Positions 1 through 12,726 of a DNA stretch of 64,000 bases are shown here, in pieces; positions within the stretch are counted from its first letter, which is position 1; every line of letters starts with the position of its first letter. The stretch lies in the NCBI RefSeq assembly GCF_053078305.1, contig NZ_CP166879.1; one strand, given 5' to 3'. Under the pieces are notes generated by a model. The model saw nothing but the letters and a program-made list of their open reading frames with translations, made no database searches and was not told where the DNA came from. The translations under genes and the position numbers were made by a program.

Positions 1-432
1 GAATGGCGTTTCCATATGGCGGCCTATCAAAGCAGACCGGATGCCAACGCGGTTGTTCACAATCATGCCGTTCATTGCACAGCAGTTTCCATTCTTAACC
101 GACCGATCCCCGCTATTCACTACATGATTGCGGCGGCTGGCGGTAATTCTATTCCTTGCGCGCCTTATGCGACCTTTGGAACACGCGAACTTTCTGAACA
201 TGTTGCGCTGGCTCTCAAAAATCGTAAGGCAACTTTGTTACAACATCATGGGCTTATCGCTTGTGAGGTGAATCTGGAAAAAGCGTTATGGCTGGCGCAT
301 GAAGTTGAAGTGCTGGCGCAACTTTACCTGACGACCCTGGCGATTACGGACCCGGTGCCAGTGCTGAGCGATGAAGAAATTGCCGTAGTGCTGGAGAAAT
401 TCAAAACCTATGGGTTACGGATTGAAGAGTAA
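1..432 (+). CDS. fucA: L-fuculose-1-phosphate aldolase, C-terminal part (5' end lies outside window)
   Basis: Frame-1 ORF open from position 1, stop at 430-432; translation recognised as class II aldolase FucA C-terminus; followed by fucO as in fucAO operon. Confidence 0.85.
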   Translation, partial: EWRFHMAAYQSRPDANAVVHNHAVHCTAVSILNRPIPAIHYMIAAAGGNSIPCAPYATFGTRELSEHVALALKNRKATLLQHHGLIACEVNLEKALWLAHEVEVLAQLYLTTLAITDPVPVLSDEEIAVVLEKFKTYGLRIEE

Positions 433-456
433 TTTCGTAAAGCAACAAGGAGAAGG

Positions 457-1608
457 ATGATGGCTAACAGAATGATTCTGAACGAAACGGCATGGTTTGG
501 TCGGGGCGCTGTTGGGGCTTTAACCGATGAGGTGAAACGCCGTGGTTATCAGAAGGCGCTGATCGTCACCGATAAAACGCTGGTGCAATGCGGCGTGGTG
601 GCGAAAGTGACCCATAAGATGGATGCTGCAGGGCTGGCATGGGCGATTTACGACGGCGTAGTACCCAACCCAACAATTACTATCGTCAAAGAAGGGCTCG
701 GTGTATTCCAGAATAGCGGCGCGGATTACCTGATCGCTATTGGTGGTGGTTCTCCACAGGATACTTGTAAAGCGATTGGCATTATCAGCAACAACCCGGA
801 GTTTGCCGATGTGCGTAGCCTGGAAGGACTTTCCCCGACCAATAAACCCAGTGTACCGATTCTGGCAATCCCCACCACAGCAGGCACTGCGGCAGAAGTG
901 ACCATTAACTACGTGATCACTGACGAAGAAAAACGGCGCAAGTTTGTTTGCGTTGATCCGCATGATATCCCGCAGGTGGCGTTTATTGACGCTGACATGA
1001 TGGATGGTATGCCTCCAGCGCTGAAAGCTGCGACGGGTGTCGATGCGCTCACTCATGCTATTGAGGGGTATATTACCCGTGGCGCGTGGGCGCTAACCGA
1101 TGCACTGCACATTAAAGCGATTGAAATCATTGCTGGGGCGCTGCGAGGATCGGTTGCTGGTGATAAGGATGCCGGAGAAGAAATGGCGCTCGGGCAGTAT
1201 GTTGCGGGTATGGGCTTCTCGAATGTTGGGTTAGGGTTGGTGCATGGTATGGCGCATCCACTGGGCGCGTTTTACAACACTCCACACGGTGTTGCGAACG
1301 CCATCCTGTTACCGCATGTCATGCGCTATAACGCTGACTTTACCGGTGAGAAGTACCGCGATATCGCGCGCGTTATGGGCGTGAAAGTGGAAGGTATGAG
1401 TCTGGAAGAGGCGCGTAATGCCGCTGTTGAAGCGGTGTTTGCTCTCAACCGTGATGTCGGTATTCCGCCACATTTGCGTGATGTTGGTGTACGCAAGGAA
1501 GACATTCCGGCACTGGCTCAGGCGGCACTGGATGATGTTTGTACCGGTGGCAACCCGCGTGAAGCAACGCTTGAGGATATTGTAGAGCTTTACCATACCG
1601 CCTGGTAA
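457..1608 (+). CDS. fucO: Lactaldehyde reductase (iron-containing alcohol dehydrogenase)
   Basis: 383 aa ORF, RBS AAGGAG upstream; Fe-ADH family, recalled FucO sequence; tandem ATG at 457/460. Confidence 0.9.
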   Translation: MMANRMILNETAWFGRGAVGALTDEVKRRGYQKALIVTDKTLVQCGVVAKVTHKMDAAGLAWAIYDGVVPNPTITIVKEGLGVFQNSGADYLIAIGGGSPQDTCKAIGIISNNPEFADVRSLEGLSPTNKPSVPILAIPTTAGTAAEVTINYVITDEEKRRKFVCVDPHDIPQVAFIDADMMDGMPPALKAATGVDALTHAIEGYITRGAWALTDALHIKAIEIIAGALRGSVAGDKDAGEEMALGQYVAGMGFSNVGLGLVHGMAHPLGAFYNTPHGVANAILLPHVMRYNADFTGEKYRDIARVMGVKVEGMSLEEARNAAVEAVFALNRDVGIPPHLRDVGVRKEDIPALAQAALDDVCTGGNPREATLEDIVELYHTAW

Positions 1609-1662
1609 ATGCGCTGATGTGATAATGCCGGATACGACGTTTGCGGCGTATCCGGCTCGCCG

Positions 1663-2529
<867 letters not shown>

Positions 2530-3897
2530 TTAATCGCAGGCAACGATCTTCATTGCCAGGCCGCCGCGAGAGGTTTCGCGGTACTTGGCGTTCATATCTT
2601 TACCTGTTTCGTACATGGTTTCGATAACTTTATCGAGGCAGACGCGCGGCTCGCTGGTACGGCGCAGCGCCATACGTGCGGCGTTCACCGCTTTTACTGC
2701 CGCAATGGCGTTACGCTCGATGCATGGCACCTGTACCTGTCCGGCGACCGGGTCACACGTCAGACCGAGGTTGTGCTCCATGGCGATTTCCGCCGCGATG
2801 CACACCTGCGCCGGGCTTGCACCTAACAGTTCTGCCAGACCAGCCGCCGCCATTGAGCACGCCACACCAACTTCACCCTGGCAACCCACTTCGGCACCAG
2901 AAATCGACGCGTTCATCTTATAAAGAGAACCAATGGCGCTGGCTACCAGCAGGTAACGAGCCAGTGAGTTAGCGTTCACTTCGCGGATAAACTTATCGTA
3001 GTACGCCAGCACTGCCGGGATAATCCCGCACGCACCGTTAGTCGGCGCAGTCACCACGCGACCGCCAGCAGCGTTCTCTTCGTTCACTGCCAGTGCAAAC
3101 ATGTTGATCCAGTCAACAACCGCCATCGGGTCAGTGGTGGTTTTATCCTGGCTGACCAGCATCCGGCGTAGTGCCGCAGCACGGCGTGGAACGCGCAGTT
3201 TGCCAGGCAACACGCCTTCGGTGGAAATACCGCGCTCAATACCGCCGCGCATGACTTCCCAGACGTTCGCCAGGTGCTGTTCCAGCTCTTCTTTGCTGTG
3301 CAGCGCCAGCTCGTTTTTCATCATCAGGCCAGAGAGTGACAGCCCGGTTTCCTGACAATGTTTTTGCAGATCGGCTGCTGAACTGTACGGATAAGGAACT
3401 TCAACCGGTGCGCTATCCTGCTGGCCAAAATGCTCTTCATCAACGATAAAGCCACCGCCAATAGAGTAGTAAGTCTGACTGTAAACGACTTTATCACCCG
3501 CCAGCGCGGTAATGCGCATACCGTTTTCATGCAGAGAAAGGTTGTCGGCATGGAAGTTCATGCACTGATCAACCGGGAACTCCACTTCATGCTGACCGTT
3601 TGCCAGCATCAGGCGACCATGAGTATTCACATCCTGAATAAAACCAGGGATGGAATCGATATCCACGGTATCCGGCAGGTTACCCGCCAGGCCCATAATA
3701 ATGGCGATATCAGTGTGGTGGCCTTTACCAGTCAGAGAGAGCGAGCCGTACACGTCAACCACCACGCGGGTCACGTCTTTAAGCTGGTTACGGGCAATCA
3801 GATCGTCGGTAAATTGTTTACCCGCTTTCATTGGTCCAACGGTATGAGAACTGGAAGGGCCAATGCCGATTTTGAAAATATCGAATACGCTAATCAT
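2530..3897 (-). CDS. sdaB: L-serine dehydratase 2
   Basis: 455 aa ORF, Fe-S L-serine dehydratase family, downstream of sdaC. Confidence 0.9.
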   Translation of the reverse strand: MISVFDIFKIGIGPSSSHTVGPMKAGKQFTDDLIARNQLKDVTRVVVDVYGSLSLTGKGHHTDIAIIMGLAGNLPDTVDIDSIPGFIQDVNTHGRLMLANGQHEVEFPVDQCMNFHADNLSLHENGMRITALAGDKVVYSQTYYSIGGGFIVDEEHFGQQDSAPVEVPYPYSSAADLQKHCQETGLSLSGLMMKNELALHSKEELEQHLANVWEVMRGGIERGISTEGVLPGKLRVPRRAAALRRMLVSQDKTTTDPMAVVDWINMFALAVNEENAAGGRVVTAPTNGACGIIPAVLAYYDKFIREVNANSLARYLLVASAIGSLYKMNASISGAEVGCQGEVGVACSMAAAGLAELLGASPAQVCIAAEIAMEHNLGLTCDPVAGQVQVPCIERNAIAAVKAVNAARMALRRTSEPRVCLDKVIETMYETGKDMNAKYRETSRGGLAMKIVACD

Positions 3898-3954
3898 AGG
3901 AAATACATCGCGTTAAAACGGAGGAAGCGCCGCCCGAAAGCGGCGCGAAAGGAC

Positions 3955-5244
3955 TTAGCTGAACAGAGAGTAGAAGATTGCGGAGATTGCAATCAGACCC
4001 ATCACGACAACGAATACGTTGCTGATGTGACCGCTGTACTTACGCATTGCCGGTACTTTCTGAATTGCGTACATCGGCATCAGGAACAGGATCATCGCGA
4101 TGATTGGGCCGCCCAGGGTTTCAATCATACCCAGGATGCTCGGGTTCAGGGTGGCAACAATCCAGGTCGTTACCAGCATGAACAGCGCAGTGATACGGTT
4201 CAGCTTGTTGATTTCGATAGACTTACCTTTACCACGCAGAGATTTAATCACCATACCGTTGAAGCCTTCACGTGCGCCCAGGTAGTGGCCGAGGAAGGAT
4301 TTGGTGATAGCGATAATCGCGATAATCGGAGCCATCCACGCGATAACCGGTGCGTTAAAGTGGTTAGCCAGGTAAGACAGAATCGAGATGTTCTGCTCTT
4401 TAGCCGCAGCCAGGTCTGCCGGAGTCAGGCTCAGTACACAGCTGAAGACGAAGAACATTACGGTCAGCACCATCATGATGTGTGCGAATGCCAGGATCTT
4501 CGAGCATTTCTGTTCTGCCATATCGCCGTACTCTTCACGCTTCGCAACGGCGAAAGAAGAGATGATCGGAGAGTGGTTGAACGAGAACACCATTACCGGA
4601 ATTGCCAGCCACAGGGTCATCCACAGACCGTTTCCGGTTGCAGATGCAGTGTCCAGAGACAGCGTTTCCAGTGCTGCGCCGTTCCACTGCGGGATCAGGT
4701 ACAGAGCCAGCAGCATCAATACGCCAACAAACGGGAACACCAGAATACTCATCGCTTTAACGATCATCTGCTCACCGAAGCGAACGATGGTCATCATACC
4801 CACGATCAGGATCAGCGACAGAATCGCACGCGGCGGTGGCGTCATACCCAGCTGGTGAGACATGAAGCTTTCAACTGTATTGGTGATTGCCACGCTATAA
4901 ACCAGCAGGATCGGGTAGATAGCGAAGAAGTAGAGCAGGGTAATCAGTTTACCTGCGCCAATACCAAAGTGTTCTTCTACAACCTCGGTGATGTCTTCGC
5001 CCGGGTTTTTACCAGACAGTACGAAGCGAGTCAGGCCGCGGTGAGCAAAAAACGTCATCGGGAACGCAAGGATAGCCATGATGATCAGCGGGATCATACC
5101 GCCAACACCGGCGTTGATTGGCAGGAACAGCACGCCCGCGCCGATTGCCGTGCCGTAAAGGCCCAGCATCCACATGGTGTCTGTCTTGCGCCAGGCACTA
5201 CGAGAGTCTTTCGACGCAATCGTGCTGGTTTGAGTCGTTTCCAT
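3955..5244 (-). CDS. sdaC: Serine:H+ symporter
   Basis: 429 aa polytopic membrane protein, HAAAP family; sdaCB operon order. Confidence 0.9.
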   Translation of the reverse strand: METTQTSTIASKDSRSAWRKTDTMWMLGLYGTAIGAGVLFLPINAGVGGMIPLIIMAILAFPMTFFAHRGLTRFVLSGKNPGEDITEVVEEHFGIGAGKLITLLYFFAIYPILLVYSVAITNTVESFMSHQLGMTPPPRAILSLILIVGMMTIVRFGEQMIVKAMSILVFPFVGVLMLLALYLIPQWNGAALETLSLDTASATGNGLWMTLWLAIPVMVFSFNHSPIISSFAVAKREEYGDMAEQKCSKILAFAHIMMVLTVMFFVFSCVLSLTPADLAAAKEQNISILSYLANHFNAPVIAWMAPIIAIIAITKSFLGHYLGAREGFNGMVIKSLRGKGKSIEINKLNRITALFMLVTTWIVATLNPSILGMIETLGGPIIAMILFLMPMYAIQKVPAMRKYSGHISNVFVVVMGLIAISAIFYSLFS

Positions 5245-5800
5245 CTATTTCTCCTGGAGGAATGCAAATAATTCAGCTTTTAGCCAGTTCAGCCCGGGAA
5301 GGTGCCTGACCGTAAAAATGAAATCTGTCTATCGGCGATGGCTTAATCATTTACCGCCGTAATAATTTGAGGGCGGAAAGATACACACAAGTTATGTATC
5401 TATCAGTGATCTTGATCCCAAATACAATAATCTACTTGGAAGATAGATTATCCCAACGCTTTACTCTGTAAATCAAAAGTAAAAGAGAATTTAAGGGCAA
5501 TATTTGCCCATTAAACGACATCTGACTTCTTCCGGGGCGCGCAATATATGTAGGTTGAACTGAAAAAATCAATACTTTTAGTTAATCATGGCGATAATTT
5601 CTTTTTCATAGCGATAAAATACGGTTTATGAAAATAGGGAAACGTTTGCGTTGCAACATAAATTGTATGACATATTAACTGTGATGATATTTGTCGCGTG
5701 AGGGTGGTAAGAAACATTCATATAACAAATGAAATGAGTTGATGAGTAAGTGACCAAAAACGAGAAAACCCGGCAACAAACGTCACCGGGGGAGCGGAGA

Positions 5801-7165
5801 TTACGTGCAGATTTCGTAGCAAGGGATGTAGGCTGAGCCTGGCAACTTCATACGATGCTGGGCAACAAAACCCTGTAGCAGGTCGTCCATACGACGCATA
5901 ATCTCTTTATCGCCGTTGATTTTGTAAGGACCAAACTCTTCAATGGCGCGAATACCGACTTCTTTTACGTTACCCGCCACAATACCGGAGAACGCACGGC
6001 GCAGGTCGGCAGCCAGCACTTCAACGGGTTGATCCGGGTAAAGCTTCAGATTAGCCATATTCTCGTGAGACGGCTCAAACGGCATTTGCAAATCTGGCGC
6101 AATGCGCATTGACCAGTTAAAGCTGTAAGCGTCACCAGTGTCGCGGCGATTTTCTTTCACCAGCGGCATCGATTTTTTCATCTGACGAGCGACTTCAGCG
6201 GCGTCATCAATGATGATGCGGTAATGGCGGCGCGCGTTTTCACCCAGCGTATGCACGACAAACTCGTCCAGTACGCGGAAGTAGTCGGCGCTCTCTTTCG
6301 GGCCGGTGAGGATCAATGGTAAAACCTGATCTTTGTTGGCCGGGTTCATTAAAATTCCCAGCAAATACAGCAACTCTTCTGCCGTACCCACACCGCCAGG
6401 GAAGATAATGATACCGTGAGCGATACGGACAAACGCTTCCAGACGTTTTTCGATATCCGGCATGATGATCAATTCGTTGACCAGCGGGTTAGGCGGTTCA
6501 GCGGCGATAATCGACGGCTCTGTCATACCAATAAAACGACTGTCTTTGTAACGCTGCTGCGCGTGTCCGACCGCAGCGCCTTTCATCGGCGCTTCCATCG
6601 CTCCTGGACCACAGCCGGTGCAGATATTCAGCTCGCGCAGCCCCAGCTGGTTTCCGACGCGACGGGCATACAAATACTCGTTTTCGTTAATTGAGTGACC
6701 GCCCCAGCAGACCACCATATTTGGCGCTTCACCCACATGCAGTGCGCGAGCGTTACGCAAGATGGAAAAGACCAGGTTAGTGATGTGGACGGAGTTGTCG
6801 AGATTCAGGTTGGGAAAACGAACGGTGTTATGGATTTGCCCGTAAACGAAGAGAATGTCTCGCAGAACCGCGAACAAGTTGGCCTGCAAAGCGCGAATAA
6901 TTCGCCCATCGACAAAAGCCTCTTCCGGGGGATTAATCAGTTCCAGCTTTACGCCGCGTTCACGGCGCAGGACGTTAATATCGAAATTTTCAAAACGAGA
7001 CAGCAATTCTTTGCTGTTATCGGTCAAACTACCGGAGTTCAGTACGGCAAGTGAACAGTTGCGAAACAGTTGATAGAGGTCGCTGCTGGCGGTGCGTTTA
7101 AGCATATCCACTTCCAGCTGCGACAACATATCCATGGAGCCAAGCGGGCTAATATGTGTAATCAA
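5801..7165 (-). CDS. ppnN: Nucleotide 5'-monophosphate nucleosidase (LOG family)
   Basis: 454 aa ORF matching recalled YgdH/PpnN; LOG-type motif GGVGTAEEL present. Confidence 0.85.
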
Positions 7166-7276
7166 GAAAAACTCCTTATGGGACGAATATCGTCATTCCC
7201 TTTGATTACAATAGCCCTGCCTGATGACCTTTCACAACCTTCTGCGTGAATCCAGCACGCAAAATTGAGAAAAAAT

Positions 7277-8125
7277 TTATTGCCGAACCAGTCTTGTGGT
7301 CGATGGGACAAAATCGCTATTACTGCGCCACGGGTTAATGTCCAGACCGCCACGACGGGTATAACGTGCGTAAACGCTCAATTTCTCTGGCTGGCAGAAG
7401 CGTAACAGGTCATTAAAGATGCGTTCCACGCACTGTTCGTGGAACTCGTTGTGATGACGGAATGAGACCAGGTAACGCAGCAGTTTTTCTCTGTCAATTT
7501 GGCGTCCACGATACTGAATTTGGATCGAACCCCAATCTGGTTGATGGGTGATCAGGCAGTTTGATTTCAGCAGGTGGCTGACGAGCGTCTCTTCCACTAC
7601 TTTTTCACCACTGGTGGCATTCTCCAGATAGTCAGTAGTGAATTCATAGTTATCGATAGTGATATCCTGGTCATCAATGCAAGTGCCATTGAAATGACCT
7701 ATCGGCTGGCCTTCCAGTTCATCAAGACGATATAACGCCACGCTAACCTCACCCTGAGCGCAAGTGCTTAAGTCGCGCTCCAGCGTCTGGCGCACATCAT
7801 CCCAGTTATTAAAACGCGTCTGGTTAAAACTGTTGAGATAGAGCTTAAAACTCTTCGACTCAATCAGATTTACGCTGGTGTAATCAAGTTCAACATGACC
7901 GACAGCGACCTGCGGCAAACCTTTCGCATTCAGCCAGGAAAGTTCATACAGCGTCCAGATATCCGTACCGTGAAAAGGCAGGTTATCCGCTTTCAGACCC
8001 AGCGGGTCGCGATTCAGGCTGCGTGGAACGCCTTGCAGTAGGCTGGCGTCATAGGTATCCCGGTAATCGGTTGATTTTCCAAGAGTCAGGCCCGCAAGAG
8101 CCTGATGGTTTGCATAAGAAGACAT
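7277..8125 (-). CDS. queF: NADPH-dependent 7-cyano-7-deazaguanine reductase
   Basis: 282 aa ORF, two-domain QueF type; synteny with syd. Confidence 0.85.
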   Translation of the reverse strand: MSSYANHQALAGLTLGKSTDYRDTYDASLLQGVPRSLNRDPLGLKADNLPFHGTDIWTLYELSWLNAKGLPQVAVGHVELDYTSVNLIESKSFKLYLNSFNQTRFNNWDDVRQTLERDLSTCAQGEVSVALYRLDELEGQPIGHFNGTCIDDQDITIDNYEFTTDYLENATSGEKVVEETLVSHLLKSNCLITHQPDWGSIQIQYRGRQIDREKLLRYLVSFRHHNEFHEQCVERIFNDLLRFCQPEKLSVYARYTRRGGLDINPWRSNSDFVPSTTRLVRQ

Positions 8126-8192
8126 GTTTCACCGTCATAAACCAGATAAACTAAACGACAAGTGTATCTGGTTTAAGTGAAGAGAGAAATTA

Positions 8193-8738
8193 GTGGACGA
8201 TTTGACCGCACAAGCCCTGAAAGATTTTACTGCACGCTACTGCGATGCGTGGCATGAAGAGCATAAAAGCTGGCCGTTAAGTGAGGAACTGTACGGCGTT
8301 CCTTCACCGTGCATTATTTCAACTACTGAAGATGCCGTATACTGGCAACCCCAGCCGTTTACCGGGGAACAAAATGTAAACGCGGTTGAACGCGCTTTTG
8401 ATATTGTGATACAACCCACAATTCATACCTTTTATACGACTCAGTTTGCCGGGGATATGCACGCGCAGTTTGGCGATATCAAACTGACATTGCTGCAAAC
8501 CTGGAGTGAAGACGACTTCCGTCGGGTGCAGGAAAATCTGATTGGTCATCTGGTGACTCAGAAAAGGCTAAAACTGCCACCCACGCTATTTATCGCGACG
8601 CTGGAAGAAGAGTTAGAGGTCATCTCGGTGTGTAATCTCTCCGGTGAAGTGTGTAAAGAGACGCTGGGAACACGTAAACGGACGCATTTAGCCTCAAATC
8701 TTGCGGAATTCCTTAATCAACTTAAGCCTCTTCTGTAA
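8193..8738 (+). CDS. syd: SecY-interacting protein Syd
   Basis: 181 aa ORF matching recalled Syd. Confidence 0.85.
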
Positions 8739-8757
8739 TCCAAATACCCCATCTGGT

Positions 8758-8775
8758 TGTGAGAGATCTCTTACA
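8758..8775. promoter_or_regulatory. UvrY (BarA/UvrY response regulator) binding palindrome upstream of csrB
   Basis: Sequence TGTGAGAGATCTCTTACA, an 18-nt near-palindrome about 175 nt upstream of the csrB 5' end; matches recalled UvrY/SirA box. Confidence 0.7.
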
Positions 8776-8948
8776 GACTCTGTAGGAGATCGCCAGGAAA
8801 TAAGCGAATACTTAAAAAGATAAGAATCGTTATTTTCATTTAAAATCAATATGTTGCTTGTTAATTCCTAACTTTCATATGAAATTTTCCTTAAGGCATT
8901 GTCTGTAAGCGCCTTGTAAGACTTCGCGAAAAAGACGATTCTATCTTC

Positions 8949-9317
8949 GTCGACAGGGAGTCAGACAACGAAGTGAACATCAGGATGATGACACTTCTGA
9001 AGGACACACCAGGATGGTGTTTCAGGGAAAGGCTTCTGGATGAAGCGAAGAGGATGACGCAGGACGCGTTAAAGGACACCTCCAGGATGGAGAATGAGAA
9101 CCGGTCAGGATGATCCGGTGGGTCAGGAAGGCCAGGGACACTTCAGGATGAAGTATCACATCGGGGTGGTGTGAGCAGGAAGCAATAGTTCAGGATGAAC
9201 GATTGGCCGCAAGGCCAGAGGAAAAGTTGTCAAGGATGAGCAGGGAGCAACAAAAGTAGCTGGAATGCTGCGAAACGAACCGGGAGCACTGTGAATACAG
9301 TGCTCCCTTTTTTTATT
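8949..9317 (+). ncRNA. csrB: CsrB small RNA (CsrA-sequestering)
   Basis: About 370 nt non-coding stretch with many CAGGATG / AGGA(T)G GGA-motifs spaced every 15-30 nt; ends in hairpin GGGAGCACTG...CAGTGCTCCC plus T7 run at 9282-9314. Confidence 0.92.
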
Positions 9318-9359
9318 CCTGCTATCCTTCGCGGCAGTTTTTCTTATTGAGGTTGCTTT

Positions 9360-9689
9360 ATGACCACTCATGACCGCGTTCGTCTCCAGTTGCAGGCGCT
9401 TGAAGCGTTACTGCGTGAACATCAGCACTGGCGAAACGATGAACCCCAGCCACATCAATTTAACAGTACCCAACCGTTCTTTATGGACACCATGGAACCA
9501 CTGGAGTGGTTGCAGTGGGTGCTGATCCCGCGAATGCACGATTTGTTAAATAACAACCAGCCGTTACCGGGCGCTTTTGCCGTTGCTCCCTATTATGAAA
9601 TGGCGCTGGCGACGGACCATCCGCAACGCGCGCTTATTCTGGCTGAGTTGGAAAAACTGGATGCTCTTTTTGCGGATGATGCGAGCTAA
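9360..9689 (+). CDS. yqcC: DUF446 protein YqcC
   Basis: 109 aa ORF; stop overlaps truC start (TAATG). Confidence 0.8.
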   Translation: MTTHDRVRLQLQALEALLREHQHWRNDEPQPHQFNSTQPFFMDTMEPLEWLQWVLIPRMHDLLNNNQPLPGAFAVAPYYEMALATDHPQRALILAELEKLDALFADDAS

Positions 9690-10471
9690 TGCTGGAAATA
9701 CTCTATCAGGATGAATGGCTGGTTGCGGTAAATAAACCCTCCGGCTGGCTGGTTCACCGCAGCTGGCTGGATCGCGACGAGAAAGTAGTGGTCATGCAAA
9801 CCGTGCGTGACCAGATAGGACAGCATGTTTTTACTGCTCATCGTCTGGACCGACCAACTTCTGGTGTGTTGTTGATGGGATTATCCAGCGAGGCCGGACG
9901 GCTGCTGGCACAACAGTTTGAACAGCACCAAATCCAGAAACGTTACCATGCGATTGTGCGCGGCTGGTTGATGGAAGAAGCGGTGCTGGATTATCCACTG
10001 GTGGAAGAACTGGACAAAATCGCTGATAAATTTGCCCGCGAAGATAAAGGCCCGCAGCCAGCAGTGACGCATTATCGCGGTCTGGCGACCGTAGAAATGC
10101 CGGTAGCGACCGGACGTTACCCGACCACGCGCTACGGCCTAGTGGAACTGGAGCCGAAAACCGGACGCAAACATCAGCTTCGCCGACATCTTGCCCATTT
10201 GCGTCATCCGATTATTGGCGATAGCAAACATGGCGATTTACGCCAGAATCGCAGCGGTGCTGAGCATTTTGGTCTTCAGCGGTTAATGCTGCATGCCAGT
10301 CAGTTGTCATTGACGCATCCTTTTACTGGCGAGCCGCTGACTATTCACGCGGGCCTGGACGACACCTGGATGCAGGCGTTATCACAATTTGGCTGGCGCG
10401 GTCTGCTTCCTGAAAATGAAAGGGTTGAGTTCAGTGCGCCATCAGGTCAGGATGGAGAGATAAGTTCCTAA
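9689..10471 (+). CDS. truC: tRNA pseudouridine(65) synthase
   Basis: 260 aa RluA-family pseudouridine synthase; translationally coupled to yqcC. Confidence 0.85.
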
Positions 10472-10488
10472 TCCAGGGAGAAAACGGT

Positions 10489-10938
10489 ATGGCGGAAATT
10501 GGTATTTTTGTCGGCACCATGTACGGAAATTCGCTGTTAGTGGCGGAAGAAGCAGAAGCAATTCTGACCGCACAGGGCCACAAAGCAACGGTATTTGAAG
10601 ATCCTGAATTAAGCGACTGGCTGCCCTATCAGGATAAGTATGTTCTGGTGGTTACGTCCACGACCGGGCAGGGCGACCTTCCTGATAGCATTGTGCCGCT
10701 CTTTCAGGGAATCAAAGATAGTCTGGGCTTCCAGCCGAATCTGCGTTATGGCGTGATTGCGCTCGGCGACAGCAGTTATGTAAATTTCTGCAATGGCGGC
10801 AAACAGTTCGATGCCTTGTTGCAGGAACAGAGCGCTCAGCGGGTTGGCGAAATGCTGTTGATTGACGCCAGTGAGAACCCGGAACCGGAAACGGAATCAA
10901 ATCCGTGGGTCGAACAGTGGGGCACGCTGTTGTCCTGA
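10489..10938 (+). CDS. yqcA: Flavodoxin-like protein
   Basis: 149 aa ORF with flavodoxin signature ([10 protein letters not shown]). Confidence 0.8.
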
Positions 10939-11372
10939 TATGTTCAGCGAGCGGTAAATGTCGTTTTAGCGGTGCTGAATCGAATCTTTTCAGGCAAATG
11001 CCAGTAAAAACTGCTTCATAGCGCGGATTTTTACTGGCGTTTGCCTGGAGTCAAGCGATCCATTTCATACTCTTCTTTATTTCTTCGTTTTAACCCTTCC
11101 TTTCTTGTTCTTGTTTTCATTTCCGTGAAGTGGATTCCACCGTCCAGGGCTAATGCCAAAATCGGGCCTCATTGAACGCATTAATGTTGTGTTGTTGCAC
11201 GGTGAGCCGCTATGGCGCGCTTTTTATACTGCTATTGCCAGATATAAACACGCGCCGTATTCGGCGAACGACCTATAAAAACGGCAAAAAACACCCTACG
11301 TCACCTCTGATTTCCTGGCGATGTCGCAGTCCAGAGTGAGCGTGGCTAACGCGAATTTTCAGGAGTGCAACA

Positions 11373-12725
11373 ATGAGTTCTTTAAGTCAGGCTGCGAGCA
11401 GTGTGGAAAAACGCACGAATGCTCGTTACTGGATAGTGGTGATGTTGTTTATCGTCACATCCTTCAACTACGGCGACCGCGCTACGCTTTCTATTGCCGG
11501 TTCGGAAATGGCCAAAGATATCGGCCTTGATCCCGTGGGAATGGGCTATGTGTTCTCTGCCTTCTCATGGGCTTATGTTATCGGGCAGATCCCTGGTGGT
11601 TGGTTGCTGGATCGTTTTGGTTCAAAACGCGTCTACTTCTGGTCGATCTTTATCTGGTCGATGTTTACCTTGCTGCAAGGCTTCGTCGATATCTTTAGTG
11701 GATTCGGCATTATCGTTGCCCTGTTTACTCTGCGCTTCCTGGTCGGGCTTGCTGAAGCGCCATCTTTCCCCGGCAACAGTCGCATTGTTGCGGCCTGGTT
11801 TCCGGCGCAGGAAAGGGGAACGGCGGTGTCGATTTTTAACTCCGCTCAATACTTCGCAACGGTGATCTTCGCGCCGATTATGGGCTGGCTGACGCATGAA
11901 GTGGGCTGGTCACACGTCTTCTTCTTTATGGGCGGTCTGGGGATTGTCATCAGCTTTATCTGGTTGAAAGTCATCCACGAGCCAAATCAACATCCGGGGG
12001 TAAATCAGAAAGAGCTGGAGTACATCGCCGCGGGTGGCGCGCTGATCAATATGGATCAGCAAAACACCAAAGTTAAAGTGCCGTTCAGCGTGAAGTGGGG
12101 GCAGATCAAACAACTGCTCGGGTCACGGATGATGATCGGCGTTTATATCGGTCAGTACTGTATTAACGCCCTGACTTACTTTTTCATTACCTGGTTTCCG
12201 GTTTATCTGGTGCAGGCGCGTGGGATGTCGATTCTGAAAGCGGGCTTTGTGGCTTCCGTTCCGGCGGTTTGTGGTTTTATCGGTGGTGTGCTGGGTGGGA
12301 TTATTTCCGACTGGCTGATGCGCCGCACGGGATCGCTGAACATTGCGCGTAAAACACCGATCGTAATGGGCATGTTGCTGTCGATGGTGATGGTGTTCTG
12401 CAACTACGTCAACGTTGAGTGGATGATCATCGGCTTTATGGCGCTGGCCTTCTTCGGTAAGGGCATCGGGGCGCTGGGTTGGGCAGTAATGGCAGATACC
12501 GCGCCAAAAGAGATCAGCGGTCTTTCCGGTGGCCTGTTCAACATGTTCGGTAACATTTCTGGCATCGTCACGCCAATCGCAATTGGTTATATCGTTGGCA
12601 CGACTGGCTCGTTTAATGGGGCGCTGATTTATGTTGGTGTTCATGCCTTAATCGCGGTACTGAGCTACCTGGTGCTGGTGGGCGATATCAAGCGTATCGA
12701 GCTGAAACCTGTCGCGGGGCAATAA
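11373..12725 (+). CDS. gudP: Glucarate/galactarate MFS transporter
   Basis: 450 aa MFS protein, first gene of gudPXD. Confidence 0.85.
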   Translation: MSSLSQAASSVEKRTNARYWIVVMLFIVTSFNYGDRATLSIAGSEMAKDIGLDPVGMGYVFSAFSWAYVIGQIPGGWLLDRFGSKRVYFWSIFIWSMFTLLQGFVDIFSGFGIIVALFTLRFLVGLAEAPSFPGNSRIVAAWFPAQERGTAVSIFNSAQYFATVIFAPIMGWLTHEVGWSHVFFFMGGLGIVISFIWLKVIHEPNQHPGVNQKELEYIAAGGALINMDQQNTKVKVPFSVKWGQIKQLLGSRMMIGVYIGQYCINALTYFFITWFPVYLVQARGMSILKAGFVASVPAVCGFIGGVLGGIISDWLMRRTGSLNIARKTPIVMGMLLSMVMVFCNYVNVEWMIIGFMALAFFGKGIGALGWAVMADTAPKEISGLSGGLFNMFGNISGIVTPIAIGYIVGTTGSFNGALIYVGVHALIAVLSYLVLVGDIKRIELKPVAGQ

Positions 12726-12726
12726 G

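Noticed and set aside
3430-5271. 613-aa plus-strand ORF spanning the sdaB/sdaC region
   Set aside because: Antisense to two well-supported genes; translation is low-complexity (His/Arg/Gln-rich) with no recognisable domain; typical antisense open frame.
11321-11530. 69-aa ORF overlapping the gudP start
   Set aside because: Out-of-frame overlap with gudP N-terminus; no independent support.
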